Shown: positions 21,757 to 34,422, counted from the stretch's first letter. The stretch: DNA of 64,000 nt from Alphaproteobacteria bacterium (GCA_009693985.1 SHWE01000004.1:586-64585); one strand, 5' to 3'. Notes: generated from the letters alone by a model not told the origin. Made by a program: numbers and translations.

Positions 21757-22481
21757 GCGCCCTTGGCCAACATCAGCGTGCGTGCACGCCGTTCGAAGAT
21801 CTCAGTCTGCATCCGTAAGAGCCACAGCCATACGAACAAAACCGTGTAGGCGGCCATCATGATGAAGAGCGGATAGAGGAACGAACGGTCGATCGACGGC
21901 CCGCCCGGGCGGATGATGCTGGCGGGTTGATGGAGCGTGTTCCACCAATCGACCGAGAAATGGATGATGGGAACGTCGGCCGCGCCGACCAGCGAAAGAA
22001 TCGCCGCCGCCTTCGCGGCGCGTTGGGGATCGTCGATCGCATTCCACAGCGCGATGTAGCCGAGATAGATGAAGAGCAGGATCAGTTCGGAGACCAGCCG
22101 CGCATCGCCCCATTGCCAATAGGTGCCCCACATCGGCCGGCCCCACAGCGATCCCGTCAGAAGCGCCAGCGCGGTGAACGCCGCGCCCAAAGGCGCCGCC
22201 GATTTCGCCGCGACATCGGCGAGCGGATGACGGAACACGAGGCCGGTGAGCGAGGCCCCCGCCATCACGCCATAGACCATGATGCCCATATAGGCGGCCG
22301 GCACATGCACGAACATGATCTTGACGCTGTGGCCCTGCTGATAGTCGGGCGGCGTCAGGAACAGCGCCCAATAGAGCCCGGTGGCGAGCAGCAGCACCGC
22401 GGCGACGAAGGTCCACGGGATGATCGCCCGCGACAGGTCGAGAAAGCGCTTGGGATTGGCGAGGATCGTGATCTTCCACAT
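21753..22481 (-). CDS. ccmC: heme exporter protein CcmC
   Basis: WGRPMWGTYWQWGDARL (WWD-type heme-handling motif) and HFSVDWWNTLHQ. Confidence 0.95.
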   Translation of the reverse strand: MWKITILANPKRFLDLSRAIIPWTFVAAVLLLATGLYWALFLTPPDYQQGHSVKIMFVHVPAAYMGIMVYGVMAGASLTGLVFRHPLADVAAKSAAPLGAAFTALALLTGSLWGRPMWGTYWQWGDARLVSELILLFIYLGYIALWNAIDDPQRAAKAAAILSLVGAADVPIIHFSVDWWNTLHQPASIIRPGGPSIDRSFLYPLFIMMAAYTVLFVWLWLLRMQTEIFERRARTLMLAKGA

Positions 22482-22527
22482 GGCGCTTAAATAACCCTCC
22501 CTGGCTCGCTTGTCATTTTCCTGGCCC

Positions 22528-23193
22528 CTAGCCCGTGATGTTCAGCCGGACGGCTGCCGCCGCCGCGAACGGCGAAAGCGCCACCGCAGCCACCGAAAAC
22601 GCCGCCAGGAAGAGTAAAGCGCCTTGCCCCGTGCCGTCGATCGCCCCCATCACGGCGCCCGAGCCGAAGATCAGGGTGGGCACGATCAGGGGCAGCACGA
22701 TCAACGCTAGGATCAGCCCGCCGCGGCGGATCGAGAGCGTCAGCGCCGCCCCGATGGCCCCGACCCCCGAAAGAGCAGGCGTTCCGATCAAGAGAGAGCC
22801 TATTAGCGCGCCGAAGGCGGCATCGGGAAGGTTGAGCAGCAGCCCCAGCACCGGCGACAGGACGACCAGCGGCAGGCCCGTGGTCAGCCAATGGGCGATG
22901 ATTTTCGCGGTCGCAACACTTTCGAGTGAAAGGGGAGAGAGGGCCAGCACATCGAGGCTGCCGTCTTCGAAATCGGCCTGGAACAACCGGTCGAGCGACA
23001 ACAGCGCCGCCAGCGCCGCCGCCACCCACAGCACGCCCCCGGCGATGCGTCCGAGCAGCATCAGATCCGCGCCGACCCCGAACGGCACCAGCGCCGCCAC
23101 GAGGGCGAAGAATGCCGCCGCAAGCGTGGCGCCGCCGCCCGCAAGGAAGGCGAGCTTCATGTCGCGCACGATGAGGGCGGTGAACGCGCTCAT
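22528..23193 (-). CDS. ccmB: heme exporter permease CcmB
   Basis: MSAFTALIVRDMKLAF start overlapping the ccmA stop (ATGA). Six-TM CcmB-like profile. Confidence 0.92.
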   Translation of the reverse strand: MSAFTALIVRDMKLAFLAGGGATLAAAFFALVAALVPFGVGADLMLLGRIAGGVLWVAAALAALLSLDRLFQADFEDGSLDVLALSPLSLESVATAKIIAHWLTTGLPLVVLSPVLGLLLNLPDAAFGALIGSLLIGTPALSGVGAIGAALTLSIRRGGLILALIVLPLIVPTLIFGSGAVMGAIDGTGQGALLFLAAFSVAAVALSPFAAAAAVRLNITG

Positions 23194-23813
23194 GTGTTGC
23201 CTATGAAGAAACGCGTTGCGTCGAGGCCAAGCGTCTCGTGCGTGGCGACGATCGCGATGCCGCCATCGTCGCAATGCTGGCCGATCAATTCCGCGGTGAG
23301 GCGGCGGCCCGCCGCATCGAGCGAGGACAGCGGCTCGTCGAGCAGCCACAGCGCGCGCCCCGAAAGAATAAGCCGCGCGAGGCCGAGGCGTTTTCTTTGC
23401 CCGGCGGAGAGATATTGCGCCGGCACATCGGCGAGCCTTTTCAAACCCACCCGGTCGAGCACAGAGACAAGATCGACGCGGCTGCCATAGAGCGAGGCGA
23501 AGAAGCGCGCATTGTCGATGACGGTGAGCTGCCCCTTGGCGCCGTCATGATGGCCGATCCAGCCCGCCAGCCTGCCGCGCTCTTCGGGATCGGAAACGAC
23601 ATAACCGGCGCCGGCATGGATGCGCACTTCGCCAATTTCCTGGTTCAGGAGACCGGAAATGATCCGCAAAACCGAAGTCTTCCCGGCGCCATTGGGACCT
23701 TCCAGCGTAAGAGCCATCCCTGCGGCCACCGCGAAGCTCAGCCCACGGAAAATCCGCCGCCCGCCGCGCTCGCAGCTCAGGTCTTCCACTTCGACGAGGC
23801 TCAGAAGGGCCAT
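23190..23813 (-). CDS. ccmA: heme ABC exporter ATP-binding protein CcmA
   Basis: Walker A GPNGAGKTS, signature LSAGQRKR, Walker B LWLLDEP. Confidence 0.93.
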   Translation of the reverse strand: MALLSLVEVEDLSCERGGRRIFRGLSFAVAAGMALTLEGPNGAGKTSVLRIISGLLNQEIGEVRIHAGAGYVVSDPEERGRLAGWIGHHDGAKGQLTVIDNARFFASLYGSRVDLVSVLDRVGLKRLADVPAQYLSAGQRKRLGLARLILSGRALWLLDEPLSSLDAAGRRLTAELIGQHCDDGGIAIVATHETLGLDATRFFIGNT

Positions 23814-23846
23814 TGAATCCTAAGATGCGTTTCCCACCCCCTTATA

Positions 23847-23939
23847 TGTCATGGCCCGCAAAAGCGGGCCATCCAGGCGGGGTTTTTCGGCGCATGGACA
23901 TGCGCCGGCTGGGTGGCCGGGTCAAGCCCGGCCATGGAC
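23847..23939. repeat. compound REP-like palindromic element (two inverted units flanking a third hairpin)
   Basis: TGTCAT-GGCCCGC-aaaa-GCGGGCC-ATCCAGG at 23847-23877. Hairpin GGCGCATggacATGCGCC at 23889-23906. Inverted unit TGGCCGGGtcaagCCCGGCCA-TGGAC at 23914-23939. It lies just 3' of the phbB stop. Confidence 0.6.
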
Positions 23940-23940
23940 C

Positions 23941-24663
23941 TCAATACATATGCTGGCCGCCATTCAGGGAAAGGGTCGATCCGGTGATGAAGCCGCCCTC
24001 GTCGGCCACCAGGAAAGCGACCCCACGGGCGATTTCGCTAGCCTTGCCGAGCCGCCCAACCGGGATGCGGGCGACGATCTTCTCGAGCACGTTGGCAGGC
24101 ACCGCCGCCACCATGTCGGTGTCGATATAGCCGGGCGCGATGGCGTTGACCGTGATGCTCTTGGCCGCCCCTTCCTGGGCGAGCGCCTTGGTGAAGCCGT
24201 GGATGCCCGATTTCGAGGCCGCGTAATTGACCTGGCCATATTGGCCGGCCTGGCCGTTGACCGAGCCGATATTGACGATGCGGCCGAAATTCTTGGCCAG
24301 CATTCCTTCCCACACCACCCGGCACATGTTGAAGCAACCGCCGAGATTGGTATCGAGCACGTCATCCCAATTCTCACGGCTCATCTTGCGCATGGTGGCG
24401 TCGCGCGTGATGCCAGCATTGTTGACGAGGATTTCTATCGTGCCGAACTCCGTAGCGATGGCGGCGGCGGCGGTCTGACACTCCGCGAAATCGGCGACGT
24501 CCCATTTCCTCACGGCAATGCCGGTCTCTTCGGCGAAGGCTTTGGCGCGCTCCTCATTGCCGGCGTAATTGGCGATGACGGTGTAGCCCGCCTCCTTCAA
24601 CGCAATCGAGACGGCGCGGCCGATGCCGCGGGTTCCTCCGGTGACAATCGCAATGCGCGCCAT
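23941..24663 (-). CDS. phbB: acetoacetyl-CoA reductase
   Basis: MARIAIVTGGTRGIGRA..., NNAGITRD and YAASKSG SDR catalytic motifs. Position next to the thiolase gene. SD GGGAGAG. Confidence 0.95.
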   Translation of the reverse strand: MARIAIVTGGTRGIGRAVSIALKEAGYTVIANYAGNEERAKAFAEETGIAVRKWDVADFAECQTAAAAIATEFGTIEILVNNAGITRDATMRKMSRENWDDVLDTNLGGCFNMCRVVWEGMLAKNFGRIVNIGSVNGQAGQYGQVNYAASKSGIHGFTKALAQEGAAKSITVNAIAPGYIDTDMVAAVPANVLEKIVARIPVGRLGKASEIARGVAFLVADEGGFITGSTLSLNGGQHMY

Positions 24664-24687
24664 TTTTCTCTCCCGATATTTTTGTTT

Positions 24688-25860
24688 CTAACGTTCGACG
24701 CAGACGGCGATGCCCATGCCGCCGCCGATGCACATGGTGGCGATGCCTTTATGCGCGTCGCGGCGGGCCATCTCATAGAGGAGCGTCACCAGGATGCGCC
24801 CGCCGGAAGCGCCGACCGGGTGGCCGATGGCAATTGCGCCACCATTCACGTTGACGCGCGCCGTATCCCAGCCGAGGTCCTTGTTGACCGCGCAGGCCTG
24901 CGCCGCGAAGGCTTCGTTGGCCTCGATGAGATCGAGATCGGAGGCGTTCCAGCCGGCCTTCTTCAATGCCGCACGGCTGGCCGGGATCGGTCCGATGCCC
25001 ATCATCTTGGGATCGACGCCGGCGCTCGCCCATGAGGCGATGCGCGCTAAGGGGGTGATCCCACGCTTTTTCGCATCGTCGGCGCTCATCAGCACGAGGG
25101 CCGCGGCGCCATCATTGAGGCCCGAGGCATTGCCCGCCGTGACCGTGCCGTCCTTGGCGAAAGCGGGACGCAAACCGGAGATGGATTCGAGCGTGGCGTT
25201 GCTACGAATATATTCGTCATCGGCGACGACGCGCTCGCCTTTCCTCTCCTTGATCGTCACCGAGACGATCTCGTCCTTGAAGCGCCCCTCTTTGCGCGCG
25301 GCTTCCGCTTTGTTCTGCGAAGCCATCGCGAAGCGGTCCTGCTCGTCGCGGGTGATCTGATATTCGCGCGCGACGTTCTCCGCCGTGATGCCCATATGGA
25401 TGTTGTTGAAGGCGTCGATGAGCCCGTCCTTGATCATCGTGTCGACGAATTCGAGCCCGCCCATTTTCTGGCCGTTGCGCAAGTGTGCCGCGTGCGGGGC
25501 CATGCTCATCGATTCCTGTCCGCCCGCGACGATGATCGAGGCATCGCCGTTCCGGATCGACTGGTAGCCGAGCGCGACGCTGCGCAAGCCCGAACCGCAG
25601 AGCTGGTTCACCAGATAGGCCGGCGTCTCGAACGGGATGCCGGCGTTGATCGAGGCTTGGCGGCCTGGGTTCTGCCCCTGCGCCGCCGTGAGGATCTGGC
25701 CGAGGATCACCTCGGAAACCTCATTGGGCGCGACGCCTGCGCGTTCCAGCGCGGCTTTGATCGCGATGGTGCCGAGATCATGCGCCGGGAGATTGGCGAA
25801 GGCGCCCAGGAACGAGCCCACCGGCGTGCGGGCCCCCGATGCGATGACCACGTCCACCAT
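24688..25860 (-). CDS. phbA: acetyl-CoA acetyltransferase (beta-ketothiolase)
   Basis: [39 protein letters not shown] and CIGGGMG thiolase motifs. Confidence 0.96.
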   Translation of the reverse strand: MVDVVIASGARTPVGSFLGAFANLPAHDLGTIAIKAALERAGVAPNEVSEVILGQILTAAQGQNPGRQASINAGIPFETPAYLVNQLCGSGLRSVALGYQSIRNGDASIIVAGGQESMSMAPHAAHLRNGQKMGGLEFVDTMIKDGLIDAFNNIHMGITAENVAREYQITRDEQDRFAMASQNKAEAARKEGRFKDEIVSVTIKERKGERVVADDEYIRSNATLESISGLRPAFAKDGTVTAGNASGLNDGAAALVLMSADDAKKRGITPLARIASWASAGVDPKMMGIGPIPASRAALKKAGWNASDLDLIEANEAFAAQACAVNKDLGWDTARVNVNGGAIAIGHPVGASGGRILVTLLYEMARRDAHKGIATMCIGGGMGIAVCVER

Positions 25861-25928
25861 GAAGCCCACCCTTTGTTGGATTTGGCCCATTCATGCCTTG
25901 GCGGCCGCGTTAGGTAAACGACAAAATG

Positions 25929-25939
25929 CTGCATTGCAG
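25929..25939. promoter_or_regulatory. CTGC-N3-GCAG palindrome, candidate PhaR operator in the phbA/phaR divergent region
   Basis: CTGCATTGCAG lies 69 nt upstream of the phbA ATG and 80 nt upstream of phaR. It matches the PhaR site form reported, as I recall, for Rhodobacter sphaeroides. Confidence 0.35.
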
Positions 25940-26018
25940 AAAGAGCCTGGACATGGCTGGCGTTCAGGTGCTCATTTAGGACCAGAGGAAACCGGGGCAT
26001 CAGCCCCATTGCTTCAAA

Positions 26019-26705
26019 ATGAGGGCCCGCGTGAGCGAGACGGAAAACGGGGCGCCTGGTCCCATAATCATAAAAAAATACGCGAACCGGCGCCTCTACA
26101 ACACGCAGACTTCCAGCTACGTCACGCTCGACCATCTCTGCGAGATGTTGAAGGCCGGCACCGAATTCGAAGTCCGCGACGCGCGCACCGGCGAGGACAT
26201 CACCCGCCAAGTCCTCGCCCAGATCATCTTCGAGGAAGAGAACAAGGGCCAGCATCTCCTGCCCATCCAGTTCCTGCGCCAACTCATCCGCTTCTATGGC
26301 GACTCTCTCCAATCGTTCGTCCCTTCTTACCTGGAGATGTCGATGGAGAGCTTCGCCAAGAACCAGGCCGAGATGCGGGAGAAATTCGCCGATGCCATGG
26401 GCGGCAAGCTCGGCTTCAAGGATTTCCAGGAGATGACGCGCCAGAATATCGCCGTGTTCGAGAAAGCGATGAAGATGTTCAGCCCGTTCGGCAGCGGCAT
26501 GAGCCAATGGGACGATAAGACAGGCGAGATGCCCAATCCGTTCAAGGATGCGCCTAACCCGTTCGCCGCGTTCGGCGTCGGCGCATCCAAGGGCAATGGC
26601 GCGCCCGAGCAGGCCTCGCCCCAGCGCGATGCGGAAATCCGCGATTTGAAGGATCAGCTCGCCGCCATGCGGCAGCAGATCGCCGATCTGGCGCAGAGGA
26701 AATAG
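26019..26705 (+). CDS. phaR: polyhydroxyalkanoate synthesis repressor PhaR
   Basis: IIKKYANRRLYNTQTSSYVTLDHL...GEDITRQVLAQIIFEEE is the PhaR N-terminal DNA-binding signature. Confidence 0.93.
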   Translation: MRARVSETENGAPGPIIIKKYANRRLYNTQTSSYVTLDHLCEMLKAGTEFEVRDARTGEDITRQVLAQIIFEEENKGQHLLPIQFLRQLIRFYGDSLQSFVPSYLEMSMESFAKNQAEMREKFADAMGGKLGFKDFQEMTRQNIAVFEKAMKMFSPFGSGMSQWDDKTGEMPNPFKDAPNPFAAFGVGASKGNGAPEQASPQRDAEIRDLKDQLAAMRQQIADLAQRK

Positions 26706-26711
26706 CGCGCT

Positions 26712-28443
26712 TTACTGGGCGGCCGTCTCTTCGGTTTCCTCATTGGCCCAGGCGGGCGAGACATCGGGCTCGCCGAAAAAGTAGCCCTGGAAATAATCGA
26801 CGCCGTAGCTGGCCAGCAATTGGGCGTCCTCTTCCGAGCTGACCCATTCGGCCACCGTCTCCAATTTGAAGTTCTTGGCAAGATCGACAAGCGTGCGCAC
26901 GAACAGCTGATTGTCCGGCGACTTGCTCAAATTCTGCACATAGACGCCATCGATCTTGACCATGTCCACGCGCAGATTGTGGAGATTGCGGAAAGACGTG
27001 TAGCCGGCGCCGAAATCGTCGATGGCAACGCGGCAGCCCATGTCGCGCAGGCGCGTCACGAAGCGCGCATTCTCCTCGAAGGCCTGCAGCGCGGCGGTTT
27101 CGGTCAGTTCCACCGTCATGCGCATCGCGACTTCGCGGTTCTCGCGCACATAATTGATGAAGCTCTGCAGCCAGGACTGATCGCCCGCCGTGGTGCCCGA
27201 GACGTTGATCGAGAGCTTGATGTGCTCATGGGCATAAAGTTGGGCGACCGCCATTTCCAGCGCCCTGCGGTCGACGAGGCGCACGAGGCCGAGCTTTTCG
27301 GCGGCCGGAATCCACTCGCCCGCCGCCACGACGGTGCCGTCTTTCCTCGCCAGGCGCAGGAGACCTTCATAATGCTCGGCTTTGCGCGATATCGCGCCGA
27401 CGATGGGCTGATAGGCGAGGATCAGCCGATGCTCTTCGACGGCGGCATTGATCTCGTCGCCCAGCGTGATGAGCCGGCGGCGTTCGGATTCGCCTAAGCC
27501 CGATTTGGCATAGATCGAAAAGCCGTTGCGCCCGACATGCTTGGCCTGTTCGAGCGCTTCCTCGGCATGGAGCATCGCTTCCTGACTCGTGGTGGCGCCT
27601 TGGGGGAGCCACACCGCGCCGATGGAAACGCTCGCCGCCACGCTGCCGGCGCGCGTCTCGATCACCTCGCCATGCACGGCGGCGTGCAGGCGTTCGGCGA
27701 CCATCGCCATTTCGCGTTCGCCGCAAGAGCCCAGGATGATGCCGAATTTATTGCCGGCGGTGCGGCCGATCGAGTCGCTGCCGCGCAAGGATTGGGCGAG
27801 ACGCTGGCCGGTCGCCACGATCACTTCGTCGGCGACGTCGAAACCGTAGGTCTCATTGATGATGGCGAGCTTGTCGATGGCGGCGACGACGAAGGCGGAC
27901 GTCCGGCTCTGCTGGATCGCGCGCTCGATGACCCGCGTCAGCTCTTCGCGCAGCCGCGTGCGGTTGAGATGGCCGGTGAGCTCATCGCAGGAGGCGAGAG
28001 TAGGAGAGCCGTGCCAACGTGTTCTTCTGTTCGGTGACGGCGCGCAGCACGCCCGTGACACGTTCGGCCGAACCGCCGGGGCCGGCCACGCGCACCGCGC
28101 GCAGCTCGAACCATTCGCGCTCGGTCAGCGACATCGCTTCGAATTCCAGCGTGAAGTTCGGCTGCGTCGGCCAAAGCTCGCGCAACCATTCGATCAAGCG
28201 CTCGCACGCGTTAGGACCTATCCAGGTGCGGAAGCCCTGTCCCGTCTCCAGCCTTTGCGCCACAAGATGCGCCTTCAGGACCTTTTCGGCACAATCCCAT
28301 TGGATGGTGTCGTCGGCGACGTCCCAATCGAAGACAGCGATGTCGGCGCCGTTGAGCGCAAGGCGCAGACGTTCGCTGTCACTCGCAGCGCCGAGCGCCT
28401 CGAGACGGTTTTTGAGCGTCTGTGATAAAGCCTGACTTCCCAC
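26712..28443 (-). pseudogene. PAS-GGDEF(degenerate)-EAL signalling protein interrupted by a 1-nt frameshift near 27997-28002
   Basis: PAS ORF 27982-28443 ends ...KNTLARLSYSRLLR*. The next frame reads ...LASCDELTGHLNR, the canonical start of a GGDEF domain. GGDEF is replaced by AGNKF. EAL-domain motifs EGLLR, DDFGAGYTSF, KIDG and QGYFFGEP are present. Confidence 0.8.
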
Positions 28444-28581
28444 TCAACACACCCCAATAATTCGCGATCTTTGTCGCGACGTTCCGAGCAAGCTAAGCCG
28501 AAGCGCTTAAAATTCTCGAAACTTTCGGGGATTGACGACGTTCTCTGCTCGGGCGGCGCGCGACTTGCTTAAGTGCCGGTT

Positions 28582-28920
28582 ATGAGAATAGAGCACGCAA
28601 CTTTCGCCATTTACTCTCCGGTTCGCGAAACCGCTCGCCGGCGCGTGGAAAAGTCCAACGCAAGCAATAGATTGGGACGCGAGGACGATCGGAGCGCGAA
28701 TGCTTCGAACCGCAATCCGCAGTTTCGCGAAACCGATCCGGCGTCCCGTTTCGAGACGCGCGCGCAGGCCAACAATGGCGAGGCCCATCCCGTTTCCGGT
28801 TTCGTCGCACAAATTCTCGGACAAATTATCGCCCAACGGACGACCCCGGCCGCCGTGGCCCACGCCTATGCGCAGGCGAAAGCCGGCTCGCGCTATCAGC
28901 GCCCGCTTAAATACGCCTAA
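28582..28920 (+). CDS. hypothetical protein
   Basis: GC3-biased 112-115 codon ORF (ATG 28582 or GTG 28573). Hydrophilic, with C-terminal VSGFVAQILGQIIAQ. No family recognised. Confidence 0.4.
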   Translation: MRIEHATFAIYSPVRETARRRVEKSNASNRLGREDDRSANASNRNPQFRETDPASRFETRAQANNGEAHPVSGFVAQILGQIIAQRTTPAAVAHAYAQAKAGSRYQRPLKYA

Positions 28921-28932
28921 TCATCTTTGAGC

Positions 28933-28962
28933 TGTCATGGCCCGCAACAGCGGCCATCCATG
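28933..28962. repeat. REP-like element unit
   Basis: TGTCATGGCCCGCaacaGCGGCCATCCATG has the same termini as 23847-23877. It is followed by the 14-bp palindrome GATTTCATGAAATC (28964-28977). Confidence 0.55.
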
Positions 28963-28989
28963 TGATTTCATGAAATCGAATTTGTGCGT

Positions 28990-29763
28990 CTAGCGCGGAG
29001 CAGCGACGCGACTGTCCTTGGGCACGCGTAACGCGGCGGCACCGATGACACGCCCATAATCCTCAGCCTGCAGGATGACGACGATGCCGTCCTCGTGCTT
29101 GGCGGTTGCGGAGCTGACTGGAAGATCGATCTTCATCGCCTCGCCTGTCCATTCGCCGGCGCGCTGCAAATCGCGCACGACATTGGTGTAGACGAGCTGA
29201 TGATTTCTGTTCTCGCCGCGGTCTACTTTAACCCCGGCCTGGCTTTGCGTGCGCATCACCCAGATCGTCGCATATTGCTTCGCCTTGGTGCGCGCGGCGG
29301 GAATGGTGATTTCGACGCGGCCGCCCACGGTGTCGAGCCGGATCTCAACGGCCTCTTCATGGGCGGCTTCGGTGGTGCGCAGATTGACCGCGGCCAGAAC
29401 GTGCTCGCGCTGATTGCCGACCACATCGAGCCTGCCGTCGATGATCATTTGCGGGGTGTAGATGCCCGAGCGCTTCATGGTGCGCGCATAGGCCTTCTGA
29501 CGCTTGGTGTTGCCGTCGGTGGCCAGCGTGTCCTTCCAGCCCAGCATGTCCCAATAGGTGATGGGGAAGGACAGCGCGATGACGTCTTTGCGGCGGGCCA
29601 GCTCGGTCACGATATGATCGGCCGGCGGACAATCACTACAGCCCTGGCTGGTGAAAAGCTCCACCACCACAGGACGCGGCGCGTGCGACGGCCCCGCCCA
29701 CGCTTGGGTGGCAAGACCGGCCGCAACGAGTGTTAACCCCAATCCTAGAAAGCGAACGCGCAT
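28990..29763 (-). CDS. DUF1223 thioredoxin-like secreted protein
   Basis: Signal peptide. VVELFTSQGCSDCPPAD and ITYWDMLGWKD are DUF1223 hallmarks. Confidence 0.88.
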   Translation of the reverse strand: MRVRFLGLGLTLVAAGLATQAWAGPSHAPRPVVVELFTSQGCSDCPPADHIVTELARRKDVIALSFPITYWDMLGWKDTLATDGNTKRQKAYARTMKRSGIYTPQMIIDGRLDVVGNQREHVLAAVNLRTTEAAHEEAVEIRLDTVGGRVEITIPAARTKAKQYATIWVMRTQSQAGVKVDRGENRNHQLVYTNVVRDLQRAGEWTGEAMKIDLPVSSATAKHEDGIVVILQAEDYGRVIGAAALRVPKDSRVAAPR

Positions 29764-29914
29764 GAAAGGACCATAGGACGAAGCCTCTTAATGCCCAAGG
29801 CCCTGCCGAATCACGTTGGGTTGACCGCGCTGCACAAAAATGTGTGGGCCTCGGAAAAAGCCAGTGATTCTAGCCTTATTCGCGCTTCACAATCGCGAAA
29901 TCCGAGGGCCGCGA

Positions 29915-32620
<2,706 letters not shown>

Positions 32621-32700
32621 GGGATCGCCTCTTTTTTTTCCGATTTGCGCTATGGTGAATTGTGCCGGACCATAGTTCGATTTCCCCCCGAAGGCTACAG

Positions 32701-33525
32701 ATGAGCCCCGTGACAAAAAGCGACGAAAACCCAGCTATTGCCGTGGAAAAAACAGGTCCGGTGACGACGATCATCCTGGACCGGCGCAGCGCCAAGAACG
32801 CGGTCGACAGACCGACCGCCGCGGCCCTCGGACAAGCCTTCCTCGATTTCGAAAACGATGCGGACGCCAAAGTCGCGGTGCTGTGGGGCGCGGGCGGGAA
32901 TTTCTGCGCGGGCGCGGACTTGAAAGCGATCGCGGCGGGCGGGGCGGTGCGTAACCTGGTTGTGCCGCCGAGCGGTGAGCGCCTTGCCATGGACGCGCCG
33001 ATGGGGCCGACGCGGATGCGGCTGTCCAAGCCGGTGATCGCCGCCATTGCCGGAAATGCTTTGGCGGGCGGGCTCGAACTGGCTTTGTGGTGCGATCTGC
33101 GCGTTGTCGAGGACGATGCGGTGTTCGGCGTGTTCTCGCGCCGCTGGGGCGTACCGCTGATCGATGGCGGCACCATAAGATTGCCGCGTGTCATCGGTCA
33201 TGGCCGCGCCATGGACATGATCCTCACCGGACGTCCTGTCGAGGCCAAGGAGGCGCTCGCTATCGGCCTTGCCAATCGGCTGGTTGGCAAAGGTGAAAGC
33301 CGCGCCGCCGCGGAAAGCTGGGCGGCCGAAATCGCGCGCTTTCCCGAAATCTGCCTGAAAGCCGACCGGGCCTCGGCCTATCAGCAATGGGGGATGAACG
33401 AAAAGGACGCCTTCGCCAATGAGTTCGCCCTCGGCATGAAGGCCTTGGAAGCAAACGAAACCTTTGCCGGCGCCGCCCGCTTTGCCGGCGGCAAAGGCCG
33501 TGGCGGTAGCTTCGAAGACCTTTAA
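32701..33525 (+). CDS. enoyl-CoA hydratase/isomerase (crotonase) family protein
   Basis: FCAGADLK, AAIAGNALAGGLELALWCDLRV and GVPLIDGGT crotonase-fold motifs. Confidence 0.88.
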   Translation: MSPVTKSDENPAIAVEKTGPVTTIILDRRSAKNAVDRPTAAALGQAFLDFENDADAKVAVLWGAGGNFCAGADLKAIAAGGAVRNLVVPPSGERLAMDAPMGPTRMRLSKPVIAAIAGNALAGGLELALWCDLRVVEDDAVFGVFSRRWGVPLIDGGTIRLPRVIGHGRAMDMILTGRPVEAKEALAIGLANRLVGKGESRAAAESWAAEIARFPEICLKADRASAYQQWGMNEKDAFANEFALGMKALEANETFAGAARFAGGKGRGGSFEDL

Positions 33526-33650
33526 TTCGTGAACGGCCGTGAACCTCTCTTCCATATTGTTGCCATGTTCGACGCCTATTGGGGGCGTCGGGGAATAACC
33601 ACAGGATCGAGGCTGGGTTGACCGCAAGGCGGATCGATCTGAGTACTGAT

Positions 33651-34415
33651 GTGCGTGGATTAAGGGCCGCGAATCCGGCGGCATTTGTCGCCATCCTCTG
33701 CTTGGCTTTGTCGCCGGTAGGCGCCTTTGTCAGCCATGCGGTCGAAGTGCCGCTGTCGAAGCTGCTGATGGCCCCGGCGCCGACGCTCCCCACCGACGGC
33801 ACCTATCTGGCGGGGGACGCGATGTTCATGGTCACGCATCTCGCCGGCCAGGTGCGCCTGCGCTTTTCGGACAGCGACGAGATTTTCTACCTCACCAGCG
33901 AACCCGCCTCGATGGGCGGACGCCTGCTGAAATATGACAGCGGCGAAGTGGCGTTGCTGGTCACCGGCTGGGGCGGGATCACGCTCTACACCGAGGAGAT
34001 GAAATCGGGCGTGCCCGCCGAACGCAGCGACGAAGCCATGGGTTTCGATGCGAAGCCCATAGCGGCCAGGGATTTCATGCAATGGGTTTCCAAACTCGCC
34101 CAAGGGCTCGCTTCGCATGACAATCTCGCCGTCGGCTTCACCGCCGATTGGGACGTGCTTCAGAAGAACGACAAAGAGCGCGCGCTCGCCTGCGATGCCA
34201 TGCGCAACGCGGCCGCAGGCATCGAGCGGGCGGTGAAGAACACCAGGCGCGGCGCCATCACCGATGGGCTGCACATCGTCAAAGTGGCCCCTGCGCAAAG
34301 AGCCGGCGTGACGGTCAAAGGCGGGGTGCTGATCGTCTCCTACGCGCCGCAAGGTGGACCGTCGGCGCAGCCCTCCTCGCGTGTCATCGCGCGCGCCATC
34401 GAAGCCGCGTTCTGA
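33651..34415 (+). CDS. hypothetical secreted protein
   Basis: Signal-like N-terminus RGLRAANPAAFVAILCLALSPVGAFVSHA from GTG 33651. TTG 33579 and 33618 are also possible starts. GC3-biased. No family named with confidence. Confidence 0.6.
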   Translation: MRGLRAANPAAFVAILCLALSPVGAFVSHAVEVPLSKLLMAPAPTLPTDGTYLAGDAMFMVTHLAGQVRLRFSDSDEIFYLTSEPASMGGRLLKYDSGEVALLVTGWGGITLYTEEMKSGVPAERSDEAMGFDAKPIAARDFMQWVSKLAQGLASHDNLAVGFTADWDVLQKNDKERALACDAMRNAAAGIERAVKNTRRGAITDGLHIVKVAPAQRAGVTVKGGVLIVSYAPQGGPSAQPSSRVIARAIEAAF

Positions 34416-34422
34416 ATCCGAA

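Noticed and set aside
21802-22479. Alternative-frame 225-aa ORF within ccmC, and the extended 231-aa rimM ORF (10595-11290) overlapping the rpsP 3' end.
   Set aside because: The in-frame CcmC and S16 products carry the diagnostic motifs. The alternative frames give Arg/Gly-rich nonsense. The rimM extension lacks an SD and would overlap rpsP by 175 nt.
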